64,000 nt of DNA from an uncultured Phycisphaerales bacterium (GCA_963758525.1 CAVWVQ010000003.1:1792001-1856000), one strand, 5' to 3'; counted from the stretch's first letter, positions 52,966-63,941 are shown. Program-made: numbers and translations. The notes: generated by a model not told the origin, from the letters alone.

Positions 52966-54321
52966 ATGGCGAACACTAATCGTCCGGGTAATGGCGCCGG
53001 CGGCGGGCAAAACCCGCCAACCGGGGGCGGCGGAAACAATCCGCCGGGTGGATTCCGAGGCCGAAGGGTCACCACTTGCAGCTTTTGCGGCAAGTCATCG
53101 CGTGACGTCGGGCCGATGGTGGAAGGACCCAGCGATGTTTACATTTGCGCGAATTGCGTCGACCTGGCTCATAACATTATCCGCCAGGAGAAACGCAAGC
53201 TCAGCGCGGGCCAGCCGCTGTTCACGTCAATCCCGACGCCGCGTCAGATCAAAGAATTCCTCGATCAGTACGTGGTCGGCCAGCAGTACGCGAAGAAAGG
53301 CCTGGCCGTCGCGGTTCACAATCACTACAAGCGATTGATGAGCAGCGAGAAGGAAGGCGAGGAAGCAAATCCCAACGACATCGAGATCGACAAGAGCAAC
53401 GTGCTGCTGATCGGTCCGACCGGCAGCGGCAAAACGCTGATGGCCAAGACGCTGGCGCACATTCTGAATGTGCCGTTCGCGATTGGCGACGCCACCACGC
53501 TCACCGAAGCCGGGTACGTGGGCGAGGACGTTGAAAACATTCTTCTCAAGCTGCTGCAGAACGCGGATTATGATCTCGAATCCGCCCAGCGCGGAATCGT
53601 CTATATCGACGAAATCGACAAGATCGGGAAAACGTCCGGCAACGTCAGCATCACGCGCGACGTCAGCGGCGAAGGCGTCCAGCAGGCGCTGCTGAAGATG
53701 CTCGAAGGCACGATCTCGAATATCCCCCCGCAAGGCGGCCGAAAGCATCCCGAGCAGCAGTACATTCAGATGGACACGAGCCAGATCCTGTTCATCTGCG
53801 GCGGGACGTTTGTCGGGCTGGAAGACATCATCCGCAAACGCCTCGGCAAGCGCCAGATCGGCTTCAACGCCGAGACCGGCGACGGCGAATCGGCGCGCGA
53901 TCGCGCGGCAGTGCTGGCGCAGGTGCAGCCGGAAGATCTCGTCGAATTTGGAATGATTCCCGAATTTGTCGGTCGTCTGCCGGCCGTGGCAACGCTCGAG
54001 CCGCTGGACGTGAAGACGCTGATCTCCATTCTGACCGAGCCCAAGAACGCCCTGGTCAAGCAATACCAGAAGTTCTTCCGGCTGGAGAACAGCGAAGTCG
54101 AGTTCACGCCCGGTGCGCTGGAATTGATTGCCGAGCGTGCCTTGAAGCGCGACACCGGCGCCCGCGCGTTGCGGGCAGTGTGCGAGGAAGTGATGCTCGA
54201 CCTCATGTACAAGCTCCCCGACGCGGGTCAGGGCGGCAAATACATCATCACCGAAGACATCGTCGAAGGCCGCGAGAATCTCTTCGAGCTCAAGCCGGAG
54301 CGACGGAAAGAGTCGGCGTAG
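52966..54321 (+). CDS. clpX: ATP-dependent Clp protease ATP-binding subunit ClpX
   Basis: CSFCGK zinc finger; [23 protein letters not shown] loop; TGARALR. Confidence 0.97.
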   Translation: MANTNRPGNGAGGGQNPPTGGGGNNPPGGFRGRRVTTCSFCGKSSRDVGPMVEGPSDVYICANCVDLAHNIIRQEKRKLSAGQPLFTSIPTPRQIKEFLDQYVVGQQYAKKGLAVAVHNHYKRLMSSEKEGEEANPNDIEIDKSNVLLIGPTGSGKTLMAKTLAHILNVPFAIGDATTLTEAGYVGEDVENILLKLLQNADYDLESAQRGIVYIDEIDKIGKTSGNVSITRDVSGEGVQQALLKMLEGTISNIPPQGGRKHPEQQYIQMDTSQILFICGGTFVGLEDIIRKRLGKRQIGFNAETGDGESARDRAAVLAQVQPEDLVEFGMIPEFVGRLPAVATLEPLDVKTLISILTEPKNALVKQYQKFFRLENSEVEFTPGALELIAERALKRDTGARALRAVCEEVMLDLMYKLPDAGQGGKYIITEDIVEGRENLFELKPERRKESA

Positions 54322-54347
54322 TCTTTCGCGATCACGATGATTTTCCC

Positions 54348-54377
54348 AAGAGCGGCCGCGACGGCCGCTCTTTTTTT
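54348..54377 (+). terminator. Intrinsic terminator after clpX
   Basis: AAGAGCGGCCG-CGA-CGGCCGCTC followed by T7. Confidence 0.85.
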
Positions 54378-54437
54378 GCGCTGGCGCGGATCGTGAATGG
54401 GGTCGCGCGCCTCGACTTGAGAGTCGGTTTCAGAACT

Positions 54438-54552
54438 TGTTTAGTAGCCGCGCCGCGCAGCGAAGCGTGTCCGAGAGCGCGTTTCGACACATTGCGCCAA
54501 ACATGCGGAAAACGCCGCTGGACGCGCTTCGCTGCGCGGCGCGGCTAAAACA
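54438..54552. repeat. REP-like inverted pair (TAGCCGCG family)
   Basis: TAGCCGCGCCGCGCAGCGAAGCG ... CGCTTCGCTGCGCGGCGCGGCTAA; related halves near 7889 and 25341. Confidence 0.7.
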
Positions 54553-54744
54553 GGCAACGAAACACCTTAAGGTTCCCAAGCGGCTCTTACCGGCGATGCC
54601 AAGCGGCGGCCGCGGACTGCGCTCGATTGCGCCGCTCGCGGCTTCGCAACGTCATCCCTCAACACGCCCTGATGTCGCGAATAACTTCTGGTTCGATTCT
54701 CAGCGACTGGAATTCGCAGTCTTCAGCGATGAAAATTACCTTCC

Positions 54745-57326
54745 GTGAGATTCGCCGCCGCTTGCTCCTGGGGGATGATCGCCGTGCTGGCGGCGCTTCC
54801 GCATGTTTCCCTCGCGGACGATGCGCAGACAGCCGCCCTCATCGCGGCGCTGGGAGATCCGACGCCCGCGAAGCGGGAAGCGGCGTCGGACGCGCTGTTC
54901 GCGATGGGAAGAGCGGCCGAGTCGGCGTTGGAAGCGGCCGCCAACAGCGAGGATCCGGAGATCGCCGAGCGGGCGACGGCAATTCTGGAGCGACTGCGAT
55001 TTGGGATTTCAGCATCAAGTCCGCCGGAGCTGGCGAAAATGCTGGCGCAGTATCGCGGAGGCAGTGACGCCCAACGCCGCGCCGCACTGGGTGAACTTTC
55101 CAAGCAAGGCGTCCCGGGAATGCGCGTGCTGGCGGCACTGATCCGCGTCACACACGATGCCGCTTGGCGCGATCTGATTCTGGAGGTCATGGAAACCCTT
55201 CCCCGCCCTGCTGCCGCCCTGCTGATCGGGAACGGCGATTGCCGCACAGCGCGGAAACTTCTCACGGACGCCGCGGCGGCGGCAAGGGACGGCTCAACCC
55301 GGGATCTGGTCGCGATGGAAGCAAGCAGCGACGGTCTGGTCGCAACGATTGCCGAATGCAAAGGCCGCCTTGCGGTGAAAGAAGTGCCGGGCGACGAGGC
55401 GCTGCTGGCGCTGTTCGAGCGGGCGGCCGGAAACCTGCCGGCGGCGCGCGAGGCTGCGTACCGTTCCGGGGACGCCCGACTCATCAATGACGTTCTGATC
55501 GAACAACACGACTGGGCCACGGCGGCGCATGTCATGGAGGGAAAGAGCGATGCTGGCTCATCGATCGGGCCCCTCGGTTCCCTGGCATATTGCCAACATC
55601 TTTCCGGCAACGCGGAAGGGCTGGCTAAAACGCTTCAAGCGATTGTCGCATTTGCCGATGCGCATCCTGACAGCGGCTCGGTCAAAGCCGCCGCCCGCAT
55701 ATTGTGTCTCAACGACGCTCCGGACGCCGCGATCGATCTGCTGGCGCGGCATGACGAACTTGTTCTGGCGGCCACGTATCAGACGCGCCGCCTGAAGTTG
55801 CGCGAGGCGATGAAACTGATCGCACTGGACCCAGCGCCCGCGCTGGAGAAGCAGGTGGGCCTGCGGCTCTGCGAAATGGACATTCATGAGGACGAGGGAA
55901 ATAAAGACCTTGCGCGCGCGAGCTTCGCACAGGCTGTGAAGTCGGCTCAGGTGATCAATGACGCCGATTCATGGGGATCGATCGCCCGCGCTGCGCGGGC
56001 AGGGATGGATCTAGCGAACGCCGATGAATATCTCGCGCGGCGCTTGCGGTTGTTCCCCGCGGGCACGGCGCGGCGATGATCCTGGCGGGGGCGGGACGCG
56101 CCGCGCGTCGAGGATGCGGAAGAGTGGTGGTGGTTCCTGCGGCCGCGGGCCCAAGGGGATGATGTGTTGCCCGCGGCGCGACGTCTGGTGGGTCTGCTCC
56201 GCGAAACCGCGCCGTCGCCGGCGCTCAACGCGCTGGCACGCGAGATTCAACAGGCCGCCGAGCAGTTTCCCAACCGTGGGCCGCTGTCAGCATTAGGCGC
56301 GAAGACGCTCGTGGCGGCAGGGAGCATCGCCGATGCCGAGTCATATCTGTCGGTCAAAGCGGTGGAGCTTCAGACGCCGGAATTGTTGATGCAACTCGGC
56401 GAAGTGCAGGAGTTATTGAAGAAATGGCCCGCAGCCGCGACGAGCTACGATCGCGCCTGGGATCTCGACCGAACGCAGCCGGCGCCGTTGCTCCTGGAGG
56501 GGCTGGCGCTGCGTCAGGCTGGTGATCCGGCGGGCGGGCAGAGGCTGATCGATCTGGCGCATCAGTTGCCGCTGGGGAATGACGGCCTGCGTTTGCAGAT
56601 GCTTTTGCTGTGCGAGATCCGTCACGCGGATGCCGACGCGGCGATCGAGCGCGATCTGCTGATGAAGGTCGGCGATCCCCATGGGCCCGGCGCGTCGAAA
56701 TGCTGGGGGCCGAGGGCGCCGCCGCGGCCGGTAAAAATGACGATGCCGCGGTGGGTCTGCTGGAGTCGGCGATGATCGAGCACTCCAGCGGGCGATTTGC
56801 ATTCAGGGAAGAGCTGCAAACCCTTCACTTTGCCGCCGTGCTCGACGCCGTTCGCGCAAAGGCCGCGCTGCACGCCGGAGATGTGAAGTCGGCGGTGGCG
56901 TTGGCGCGGGACAGCGAGCGGCTGGAGCCGCCGGAAAGCGATGAGTTCTTCGATCTGGTCAACGCGTTTGGTCGCAGCGGCCATCCCGTGGAAGGAGATG
57001 CGATGCGCAGCGAAGCGACCGGCCGTTTCGAGGAATTGCTGAAGGAGTTTCCGCAAAGCGCACTGCTGGAAAATGATCTGGCGTGGCTGATGGCGCATAC
57101 CGGCGCCAACCTCGATCAAACGCTGGCGCACGCCAGTCGAGCCGCGCAACTGGATCCACAGAGCGCCGCGATCGCAGACACGCTGGCGGAGGTTTATTTC
57201 CGTCGCGGCGAGCTGCAAAAGGCGGTCGACGCAATGAAAAAATGCATCGCTTTGGCTCCGAATCTGGCGATGGAGCAGAAGAAACTGGAAGAGTATCAGG
57301 CCGCGCTGGCGCGACAGCCGCATTGA
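54745..57326 (+). CDS. Secreted HEAT/TPR-repeat protein; frameshifts near 56050 and 56700
   Basis: Signal peptide; LIAALGD..PAKRE; three consecutive ORFs; C-terminal TPR NDLAW...DTLAEVYFRRG. Confidence 0.7.
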
Positions 57327-57343
57327 CATCGCGCGCATGAGAC

Positions 57344-58420
57344 ATGGGCGTGCTGAGAATCTACAATTCGCAACAGATGATCTCTGTCGGCATCATCGGC
57401 TTCGGCCGCATCGGCGCGGAACATTTCGGCTGGCTGAGCCGCACGAAGGCCATCCGCGCGGTTGCTGTTGCGGACGCCACATCTGCGCGGCGAACCATGG
57501 CCGAGCAGCGCGGGCTGCGTGCGTTCGAACAGATCGAGCCTTTGCTCGAAGACCGTCAGATCGATGCGGTTCTCGTGGCGACACCGACGGCGATGCATTT
57601 TGAACACGTTTCGATGGCGCTGTCGGCCGGCAAGCATGTGATGGTCGAGAAGCCGATGGCGATGGACTTCGCGCAGGCGCGCGAGCTTGCGGCACGCGCC
57701 GTCAGTACGCGCCGCGTGCTGAGCGTCTTTCACAATCGGCGATGGGACGCGGATTATCTTGCTGTCCGCGCGGCGGTCGCGTCGGGAGTGCTCGGCAAAC
57801 TCATTAACGTCGAAAGCCGGCTCGGTCAGTTCGCCAGTTGTGTCGGCCCAGCCGCGAAAGAATATCGCCCTGGCTGGCGCAACGAGGGCGCCTTCGGCGG
57901 CGGCGGACTGTACGACTGGGGCAGCCATTTCGTCGACCAGCTCTGGCGGCTGCTTTGGCCCGCCCGTCCCATGCGCGTTTTCGCCCAGCTCCGCGGGAAT
58001 GTCTGGTCGAGCGACTGCGACGACTTCGCGCGGGTGCTGATCGATTTCGATCATGGTGTCGCTGGTCTTGTCGAAATCAACACGACCACGGCCGCCCCCC
58101 TGCCGCGCTGGCACATCGACGCCGCCAACGGCTCGGCGACCAGCCCGCACAGTCCGGAGTTCGACACGAGAGTCTGGGCGGCATTGCAATTCGTGCCGGG
58201 GAACGGCGGCAAAAATGTCTCTCGTTCATTTCCCGCCGCCGAACCCGGATTGTCGGAGGAAGACATTTGGGAACAGTTCGCTTCCGCAGTTGCTGGAGAA
58301 GCGGCGCCGGCTGTCAGTGCGCTGAGCGTGCTGCCGACAATGCAACTGCTGGACGCGGCGCGGCGAAGCAGCCATGAAGGTGTCGCGGTCCTGGTCGATT
58401 CACGCGATTGGGAATATTAA
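57344..58420 (+). CDS. Gfo/Idh/MocA family oxidoreductase
   Basis: GIIGFGRIG, AGKHVMVEKP, HNRRWD, GGGGLYDWGSH. Confidence 0.92.
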   Translation: MGVLRIYNSQQMISVGIIGFGRIGAEHFGWLSRTKAIRAVAVADATSARRTMAEQRGLRAFEQIEPLLEDRQIDAVLVATPTAMHFEHVSMALSAGKHVMVEKPMAMDFAQARELAARAVSTRRVLSVFHNRRWDADYLAVRAAVASGVLGKLINVESRLGQFASCVGPAAKEYRPGWRNEGAFGGGGLYDWGSHFVDQLWRLLWPARPMRVFAQLRGNVWSSDCDDFARVLIDFDHGVAGLVEINTTTAAPLPRWHIDAANGSATSPHSPEFDTRVWAALQFVPGNGGKNVSRSFPAAEPGLSEEDIWEQFASAVAGEAAPAVSALSVLPTMQLLDAARRSSHEGVAVLVDSRDWEY

Positions 58421-58444
58421 AGACCGCGTGCGCAAAGCCAAGCC

Positions 58445-59567
58445 TCAACTCCGGGCCAGCGCGTCGCTCTGTTTGACGAACGCATCCCCCTGCCAATCGG
58501 CGTCCTTCGTCACCAGCCCGGCTTTCGCCGCGGCCAGGGCCTTGGATTCGGCCTGACGATGAACCAGATCGGCGTGGGTTGTGAAATACTGCAGGCTGCG
58601 GCCTTTGAAGTCGGCGATCGTTTCGAAGTTATGCTTTGCCATGAAGGAAAGCACTTCGTCTTTCATCCGCCCAACACAACCGTAGCCCATCTTCATGACG
58701 CCGGTGCAGACTTGCACGGTGTCGGCGCCGAGCAGAATGAACTGGGCGGCGTCTTTGCCGGACTCGATCCCGCCGATGCCGCTGAGGCTTCGGCCGGGGA
58801 ACTTGTCGCGGATCATTTCGGCGCATTCTTTGACCATCCGCAGCGCGATCGGTCGGACCGCGGTGCATGAGTAACCGCCGGGGACGGTGTATCCTTCGAC
58901 GGTCGGCTCCGGGCGAAGCGTCTCCAGGTCGACGCCCATCACGCACAGGATGGTGTTGATCGCGCTGACTCCCTGACAGCCGGCCGACAGCGCCGCTTCA
59001 GCGCCCGCGGCGATGCTCGTCACGTTCGGCGTGAGCTTCGCCCAGACGGGGACTTTGGCAGCGCTCATCACCCAGCCGCACACCTCGTGCATGATGCTCA
59101 CGTCCTGGCCCATCGCCGCGCCCATCTTGCGCTCGGGCAGGCCGTGCGGACAGGAAAAATTCAGCTCGAACCCGGCGACGCCGGTCTCCTGGACGCGCTC
59201 GATGATCTCGATCCACCGGTCCTTGTTGTACTCCTCCATCACTGAGGCGATCACCGCGCCGTTCGGATATTTGTCCTTGAGCATCTTCAGCTCGTCGAGC
59301 CAGACGGAGAAGGGCCGGTCGGAAATCAGTTCGATGTTCTGCCAGCCGATGATTTCCTTGCTCTTTTCCGTCCGGAGGCGCGGCGTAGCGCGGTGCGACG
59401 TTGACGACCTTCGACGCGTCGAGGCTGATCGTCTTGATGATGACCGCGCCCCACCCTTCGTCGAAAGCCTTGCCGCAGACGTTGGCATTGGTGCCGGGTG
59501 GGCCCGAGCCGATGACGAAGGGGTTTGGAAGTTTGATACCGTCGACGATGGTGGCGAGTGTGGGCAT
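58445..59567 (-). CDS. preA: Dihydropyrimidine dehydrogenase PreA/PYD1-like subunit; frameshift near 59383
   Basis: NPFVIGSGPPGTN, GWQNIELISDR, ELNFSCPHG, AINT, TVQVCTGVM. Confidence 0.9.
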
Positions 59568-59628
59568 ATCAGCACATCTCAAGTGAACAATTCCGCGGTT
59601 CGAGAGCGGTGCTCGCCGCCGTGAAGAA

Positions 59629-59745
59629 GAACACGAATGAGCACGAATTTACACGAATCCGCACGAATAAATGCATTTGACTTTTTTTATTCAGTATTGA
59701 ATTTCTTTCGTGTCCATTCGTGTTTATTCGTGCTCATTCGTGTTC
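59629..59745. repeat. Gene-less 10-bp-periodic palindrome (CACGAAT family)
   Basis: GAACACGAATGAGCACGAATTTACACGAATCCGCACGAAT ... TTCGTGTCCATTCGTGTTTATTCGTGCTCATTCGTGTTC. Confidence 0.85.
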
Positions 59746-59802
59746 CGCATTTCAACGACCCGCTTATCGCGTGATTCTCAAACAGACGCCACGCGAGATC
59801 GC

Positions 59803-61311
59803 TCAGCCGCTTCGCAAATTCGGATGGCCGCGCATCAACAGCGCATAGAGGCCAAAGCCGATGCCGAAGGTAACGAACCAGGCATAGGTGTAAATTGTGT
59901 CAAACACATGCGGTGCGTTGAGCCGGCCGGCGGTGGCGACGTTGAGGAAGCCGGGCGCGCATGGCGCGATCGCGACGATTAGCGCGATCACCGCGCGCCA
60001 GTTGGTTCCATTGCCGTAGCGATATCGGCCGTCGGGATCGTACAGCTCGTCCAGCGCAAGTTGAGCGCGGCGAAGAAGCCAATAGTCGCAGACGAGAATT
60101 CCGCCAACTGCTCCGAGCAACGCCGAGTAGGCTACCAGCCAGGTAAAGATATAGCCGTGGCTGCTCTCGATCAGCTTCCAGGGCATGATCAACATGCCGA
60201 GGACGGCGGTCAGAAGTCCGCCGGCGCGGAAGCTGATTCGGCGCGGGGCGAGATGGCTGAAATCGTTGGCGGGGCTGACGACATTGGCGGCGATGTTCGT
60301 CGCCAGCGTTGCGATGCACAGCGCGACCATCGCGATCACCAGCGCCGTCTTGCTCTGGATTTTGGTCAGCACGTCAACAGGATCCCAGATCGCTTTGCCA
60401 TAGATCACGATCGTCGCCGAGGTGACAGCGACGCCGATGAATGAGTAGAGCGCCATCGTCGCCGGGAGTCCGATCGCCTGGCCGACGATCTGGTCGCGCT
60501 GGGTGCGGGCGTAGCGGGAAAAATCGGGGATGTTGAGCGAGAGGGTCGCCCAGAACCCGACCATGCCGGTCAGCGCTGGGACGAAGAATGCGAAGAATTG
60601 CCCTTCCTTCGGCCCGCCCGGCGCAAACGCGGAAGGCTGGCTGAGCATCGGGCCAAAGCCGTTGGCTTTCTGATATGCCCAGGCGAGCAGCAGCAAGCCG
60701 AGAGCGATCAGCAGGGGAGCTTTGATGTTCAGCAGGATGCGGATCGACTCGATCCCGCGCCAGATCACGACGACATTGAGAAGCCAGAAGAAAAGGAAGC
60801 AAATGAGCTGCGGCATGGTGATGCCGAGCAACTGCGCATGCGAGGCGTCCGCCAGGGACGGCCAGAACACAGCCGCGATTTTGTAGATCGCGGCGCCGCC
60901 GATCCACGCCTGGATTCCGAACCAGCCGCAGGCGACCAGGGCGCGGAGAAGGGCCGGGATATTGGCCCCCCATGTCCCAAAGCTGGCGCGACAATAGACG
61001 GGAAAGGGGATGCCGTATTTCGTCCCGGCGTGCGCGTTGAGGATCATCGGCACGAGCACGATGAGGTTGCCGAGGAAGACAGTGAGCACCGCGCGCCACC
61101 AGTTCATTCCGCCATCGATCAGGCTCGACGCGAGCATGTATGTCGGTATGCACGCCGACATGCTGATCCAGAGCGCGGCAATGGACCAGACGGACCATGT
61201 CCGCTGCGCGAGCGTCGTCGGCGCCAGATCGGCGTTGGAGAGCGCGGAATCGGCGGAGCGCGCGAAGCCGTCGCCAGGTCGATCGGAAGTTGAAAAGGCA
61301 GTTGCCGTCAA
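59803..61311 (-). CDS. NCS1 family nucleobase:cation symporter
   Basis: ALWISMSACIPTY, KYGIPFPV, FWATLSLNIPDFSRY, NIAANVVSPANDF. Confidence 0.93.
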   Translation of the reverse strand: MTATAFSTSDRPGDGFARSADSALSNADLAPTTLAQRTWSVWSIAALWISMSACIPTYMLASSLIDGGMNWWRAVLTVFLGNLIVLVPMILNAHAGTKYGIPFPVYCRASFGTWGANIPALLRALVACGWFGIQAWIGGAAIYKIAAVFWPSLADASHAQLLGITMPQLICFLFFWLLNVVVIWRGIESIRILLNIKAPLLIALGLLLLAWAYQKANGFGPMLSQPSAFAPGGPKEGQFFAFFVPALTGMVGFWATLSLNIPDFSRYARTQRDQIVGQAIGLPATMALYSFIGVAVTSATIVIYGKAIWDPVDVLTKIQSKTALVIAMVALCIATLATNIAANVVSPANDFSHLAPRRISFRAGGLLTAVLGMLIMPWKLIESSHGYIFTWLVAYSALLGAVGGILVCDYWLLRRAQLALDELYDPDGRYRYGNGTNWRAVIALIVAIAPCAPGFLNVATAGRLNAPHVFDTIYTYAWFVTFGIGFGLYALLMRGHPNLRSG

Positions 61312-61354
61312 TTTGTTTGGCCTCGCTCCAACCGCCGAGCCTCCGGGGGTCAGT

Positions 61355-61422
61355 GTAGGGCGGGATTCATCCCGCCGCTCTTTCGCATCATGGCAACCGC
61401 GGCGGGATGAATCCCGCCCTAC
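61355..61422. repeat. GTAG-type REP inverted pair
   Basis: Same arms as 29450-29517 with a different spacer. Confidence 0.85.
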
Positions 61423-61428
61423 GGACCC

Positions 61429-62811
61429 TCACATCGCCGCGCATCGGCCTCTCTTGAGGAATTTCCCGTCGCCGCGTTGGCCCATGTATCGGTCATTCTC
61501 CACTACGACCTTTCCTCGCGACAGAACGGTCGTTGGTTTGCCCTTGATCTTCCAGCCTTCAAAAAGGCTGTAGTCGCAATTCATGTGGTGCGACTTCGCG
61601 CTGATTGTCCGTTCGATCGCCGGATCAAAAATCACGATGTCAGCATCGGAGCCGACGGCAATCGTTCCCTTCCTGGGAAACATGCCGAACATCTTCGCGC
61701 TGGCGGTGGAGCAAAGGTCGACCCACTTGTTCAGGCTGAACCCGCGCTGCATTACGCCGCCGTGGTAGACCATCGACAGGCGATCTTCCACGCCCGGGCC
61801 GCCGTTGGGAATCTTCGTGAAGTCCCCCCGCCCAAGCTCTTTCTGTCCCTTGAAAAAAAAGGGACAGTGATCCGTGCTCACCTCCTGCAGATAGCCCAGC
61901 TTCAGCCCCTTCCACAGCGGCTCGATGTTTTCCTTCCCCACCAGCGGCGGGGTGAAAACGTATTTGGCCCCTTCAAAGTCAGGCTTGTCGTAATAGCTGT
62001 CGTCGAGAAAGAGATACTGCGTGCAGGTCTCGCCGAACGCGGGGTTCCCGGCATCGCGGGAGCGCTGCAGTTCCATCATGGCCGCCTCACAGGAGACGTG
62101 AACGATGAAGACCGGCGCTCTGGCGACTTCCGCGACGCGCACAGCGCGGGCGACGCCGTCCGCCTGCATGACGGGCGGGCGCAACTGCGCGTGATACTTC
62201 GGCTCAACCTTCCCCTGCGCCAGCAAATTCTTCACCAGCTCGGAAATGGCGATGCCATTTTCGGCGTGCACCAGCGTGAGCCCGCCGGCCTCGCCGGCCG
62301 ACTGCATGACGCGGAACATGGTCTGATCGTCCACCATGAACACGTTCGGGTAGGCGAGAAACAGCTTGAAAGTGGGAACGCCGCTGTCGATCACCTGCGC
62401 AAACTCGCTGGCATGCCGCGCCTCGTATTCCGTCACCGCAAGGTGAAAGCCGTAATCGATCGCGCACTTCCCCTCAGCCTTGGCGTGCCAGTCGTCGAGC
62501 GTCTGTCTGAAGGTTTTGCCGTGGTATTGGATGGCGAAGTCAATGATGGAGGTCGTGCCTCCGAATGCCGCCGCGCGCGTGCCGGACTCGAAATCGTCGC
62601 TGCTCACGGTGCCGCCGAACGGCAGTTCCATATGGACATGCGGGTCGATCGCCCCGGGAATGACCAGCTTGCCGGCGGCGTCGATCACTTTGTCGGCTTT
62701 CATTGGCAGCGCGGCGCCGATCGTCTTGATTACTTCACCATCGATGAAAACATCGGCGACATAGTCGTCGCTGGCGGTGATGACTCGGCCGTTTTTGATC
62801 AGGGTCGTCAT
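61429..62811 (-). CDS. hydA: Dihydropyrimidinase
   Basis: PGAIDPHVHME, FKLFLAY, VHAENG, STDHCPF, IPNGGPGVEDR. Confidence 0.95.
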   Translation of the reverse strand: MTTLIKNGRVITASDDYVADVFIDGEVIKTIGAALPMKADKVIDAAGKLVIPGAIDPHVHMELPFGGTVSSDDFESGTRAAAFGGTTSIIDFAIQYHGKTFRQTLDDWHAKAEGKCAIDYGFHLAVTEYEARHASEFAQVIDSGVPTFKLFLAYPNVFMVDDQTMFRVMQSAGEAGGLTLVHAENGIAISELVKNLLAQGKVEPKYHAQLRPPVMQADGVARAVRVAEVARAPVFIVHVSCEAAMMELQRSRDAGNPAFGETCTQYLFLDDSYYDKPDFEGAKYVFTPPLVGKENIEPLWKGLKLGYLQEVSTDHCPFFFKGQKELGRGDFTKIPNGGPGVEDRLSMVYHGGVMQRGFSLNKWVDLCSTASAKMFGMFPRKGTIAVGSDADIVIFDPAIERTISAKSHHMNCDYSLFEGWKIKGKPTTVLSRGKVVVENDRYMGQRGDGKFLKRGRCAAM

Positions 62812-62879
62812 AAGTGTGTCTCTAGGGCGTTTTTGATCAGGGTCGTCATAAATAATGTCTCGGGAAGAGGAACACGAAT

Positions 62880-63545
62880 GAGCACGAAATCGCACGAATC
62901 TTCACGAATGGATTAGTGACTGTTCTTTCTTCTTCGTGAAGATTCGTGCAAATTGGTGCTCATTCGTGTTCCTCTTCATTTGTCTTTGAAGACGCTCACC
63001 GATTGCTATCGAACATCTCCATCAGAGGACGAAGCGATGCCACTCCAGTCGGCCCGCGTCGCCAAAGTTAATCAAAACGCCGACCCGCAGGCCGGTCGCG
63101 CGAGCACGAATTCGCACGAATCTTCACGAATGGATTAGTGACTGTTCTTTCTTCTTCGTGAAGATTCGTGCAAATTGGTGCTCATTCGTGTTCCTCTTCA
63201 TTTGTCTTTGAAGACGCTCACCAATTGCTATCGAACATCTCCATCAGAGGACGAAGCGATGCCACTCCAGTCGGCCCGCGTCGCCAAAGTTAATCAAAAC
63301 GCCGACCCGCAGGCCGGTCGCGCGAGCACGAATTCGCACGAATCTTCACGAATGGATTAGTGACTGTTCTTTCTTCTTCGTGAAGATTCGTGCAAATTGG
63401 TGCTCATTCGTGTTCCTCTTCATTTGTCTTTGAAGACGCTCACCGATTGCTATCGAACATTTCCATCAGAGGACGAAGCGATGCCACTCCAGTCGGCCCG
63501 CGTCGCCAAAGCTAATCAAAACGCCGACCCGCAGGCCGGTCGCGC
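62880..63545. repeat. Three tandem copies of a 222-bp unit (GxxExxY 3' end plus palindrome)
   Basis: Unit starts at 62881, 63103 and 63325; only a few substitutions between copies. Confidence 0.92.
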
Positions 63546-63841
63546 AGGTAGTTAAGCACTTGGGCTTCGTCGGCATCCGTCGTTCGCTCCGCTGCTTTCA
63601 GCTCGACAAGCACCGCACTGCCACACACGAAATCAGCAACGAACATCTTCTTGAGAATTCGATCCTTATACTTGATCCGCAAGGGCACTTGCGGCAAGAA
63701 CGAAATGCCTCGGTCGGCCAACTCGTATTCCATCGCCTCTTGATACACGCTCTCCAGGAACCCGGCGCCGAGTTCGTTGTACACTTCCATCGCAGCACCG
63801 ACGATCTGATACACTTCTTCCTTTAAAAGCAGCTCGCTCAT
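63466..63841 (-). CDS. GxxExxY family protein (PD-(D/E)XK-like); 2-nt deletion near 63543
   Basis: GAAMEVYNELGAGFLESVYQEA, ADF..VELKA, AQVLNYL; restoring 2 nt gives RATGLRVGVLISFG...RFVL*. Confidence 0.9.
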
Positions 63842-63941
63842 AGAAATTGTCCTTTGCACAGCCAAGTCTTCATGTTTTGCACTGAACCCCGCTTTTTGTT
63901 CGTGAAGATTCGTGAAAATTCGTGCTCATTCGTGTTCCTCT

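Noticed and set aside
54686..54705. GGTTCGATTC tRNA T-loop-like motif
   Set aside because: No proper T-stem, cloverleaf or acceptor stem around it
62880..63545. DGR template/variable repeat (AAC versus AGC difference at a gene 3' end)
   Set aside because: No reverse transcriptase or Avd in the window, very few substitutions, and the unit includes intergenic DNA; tandem duplication is simpler
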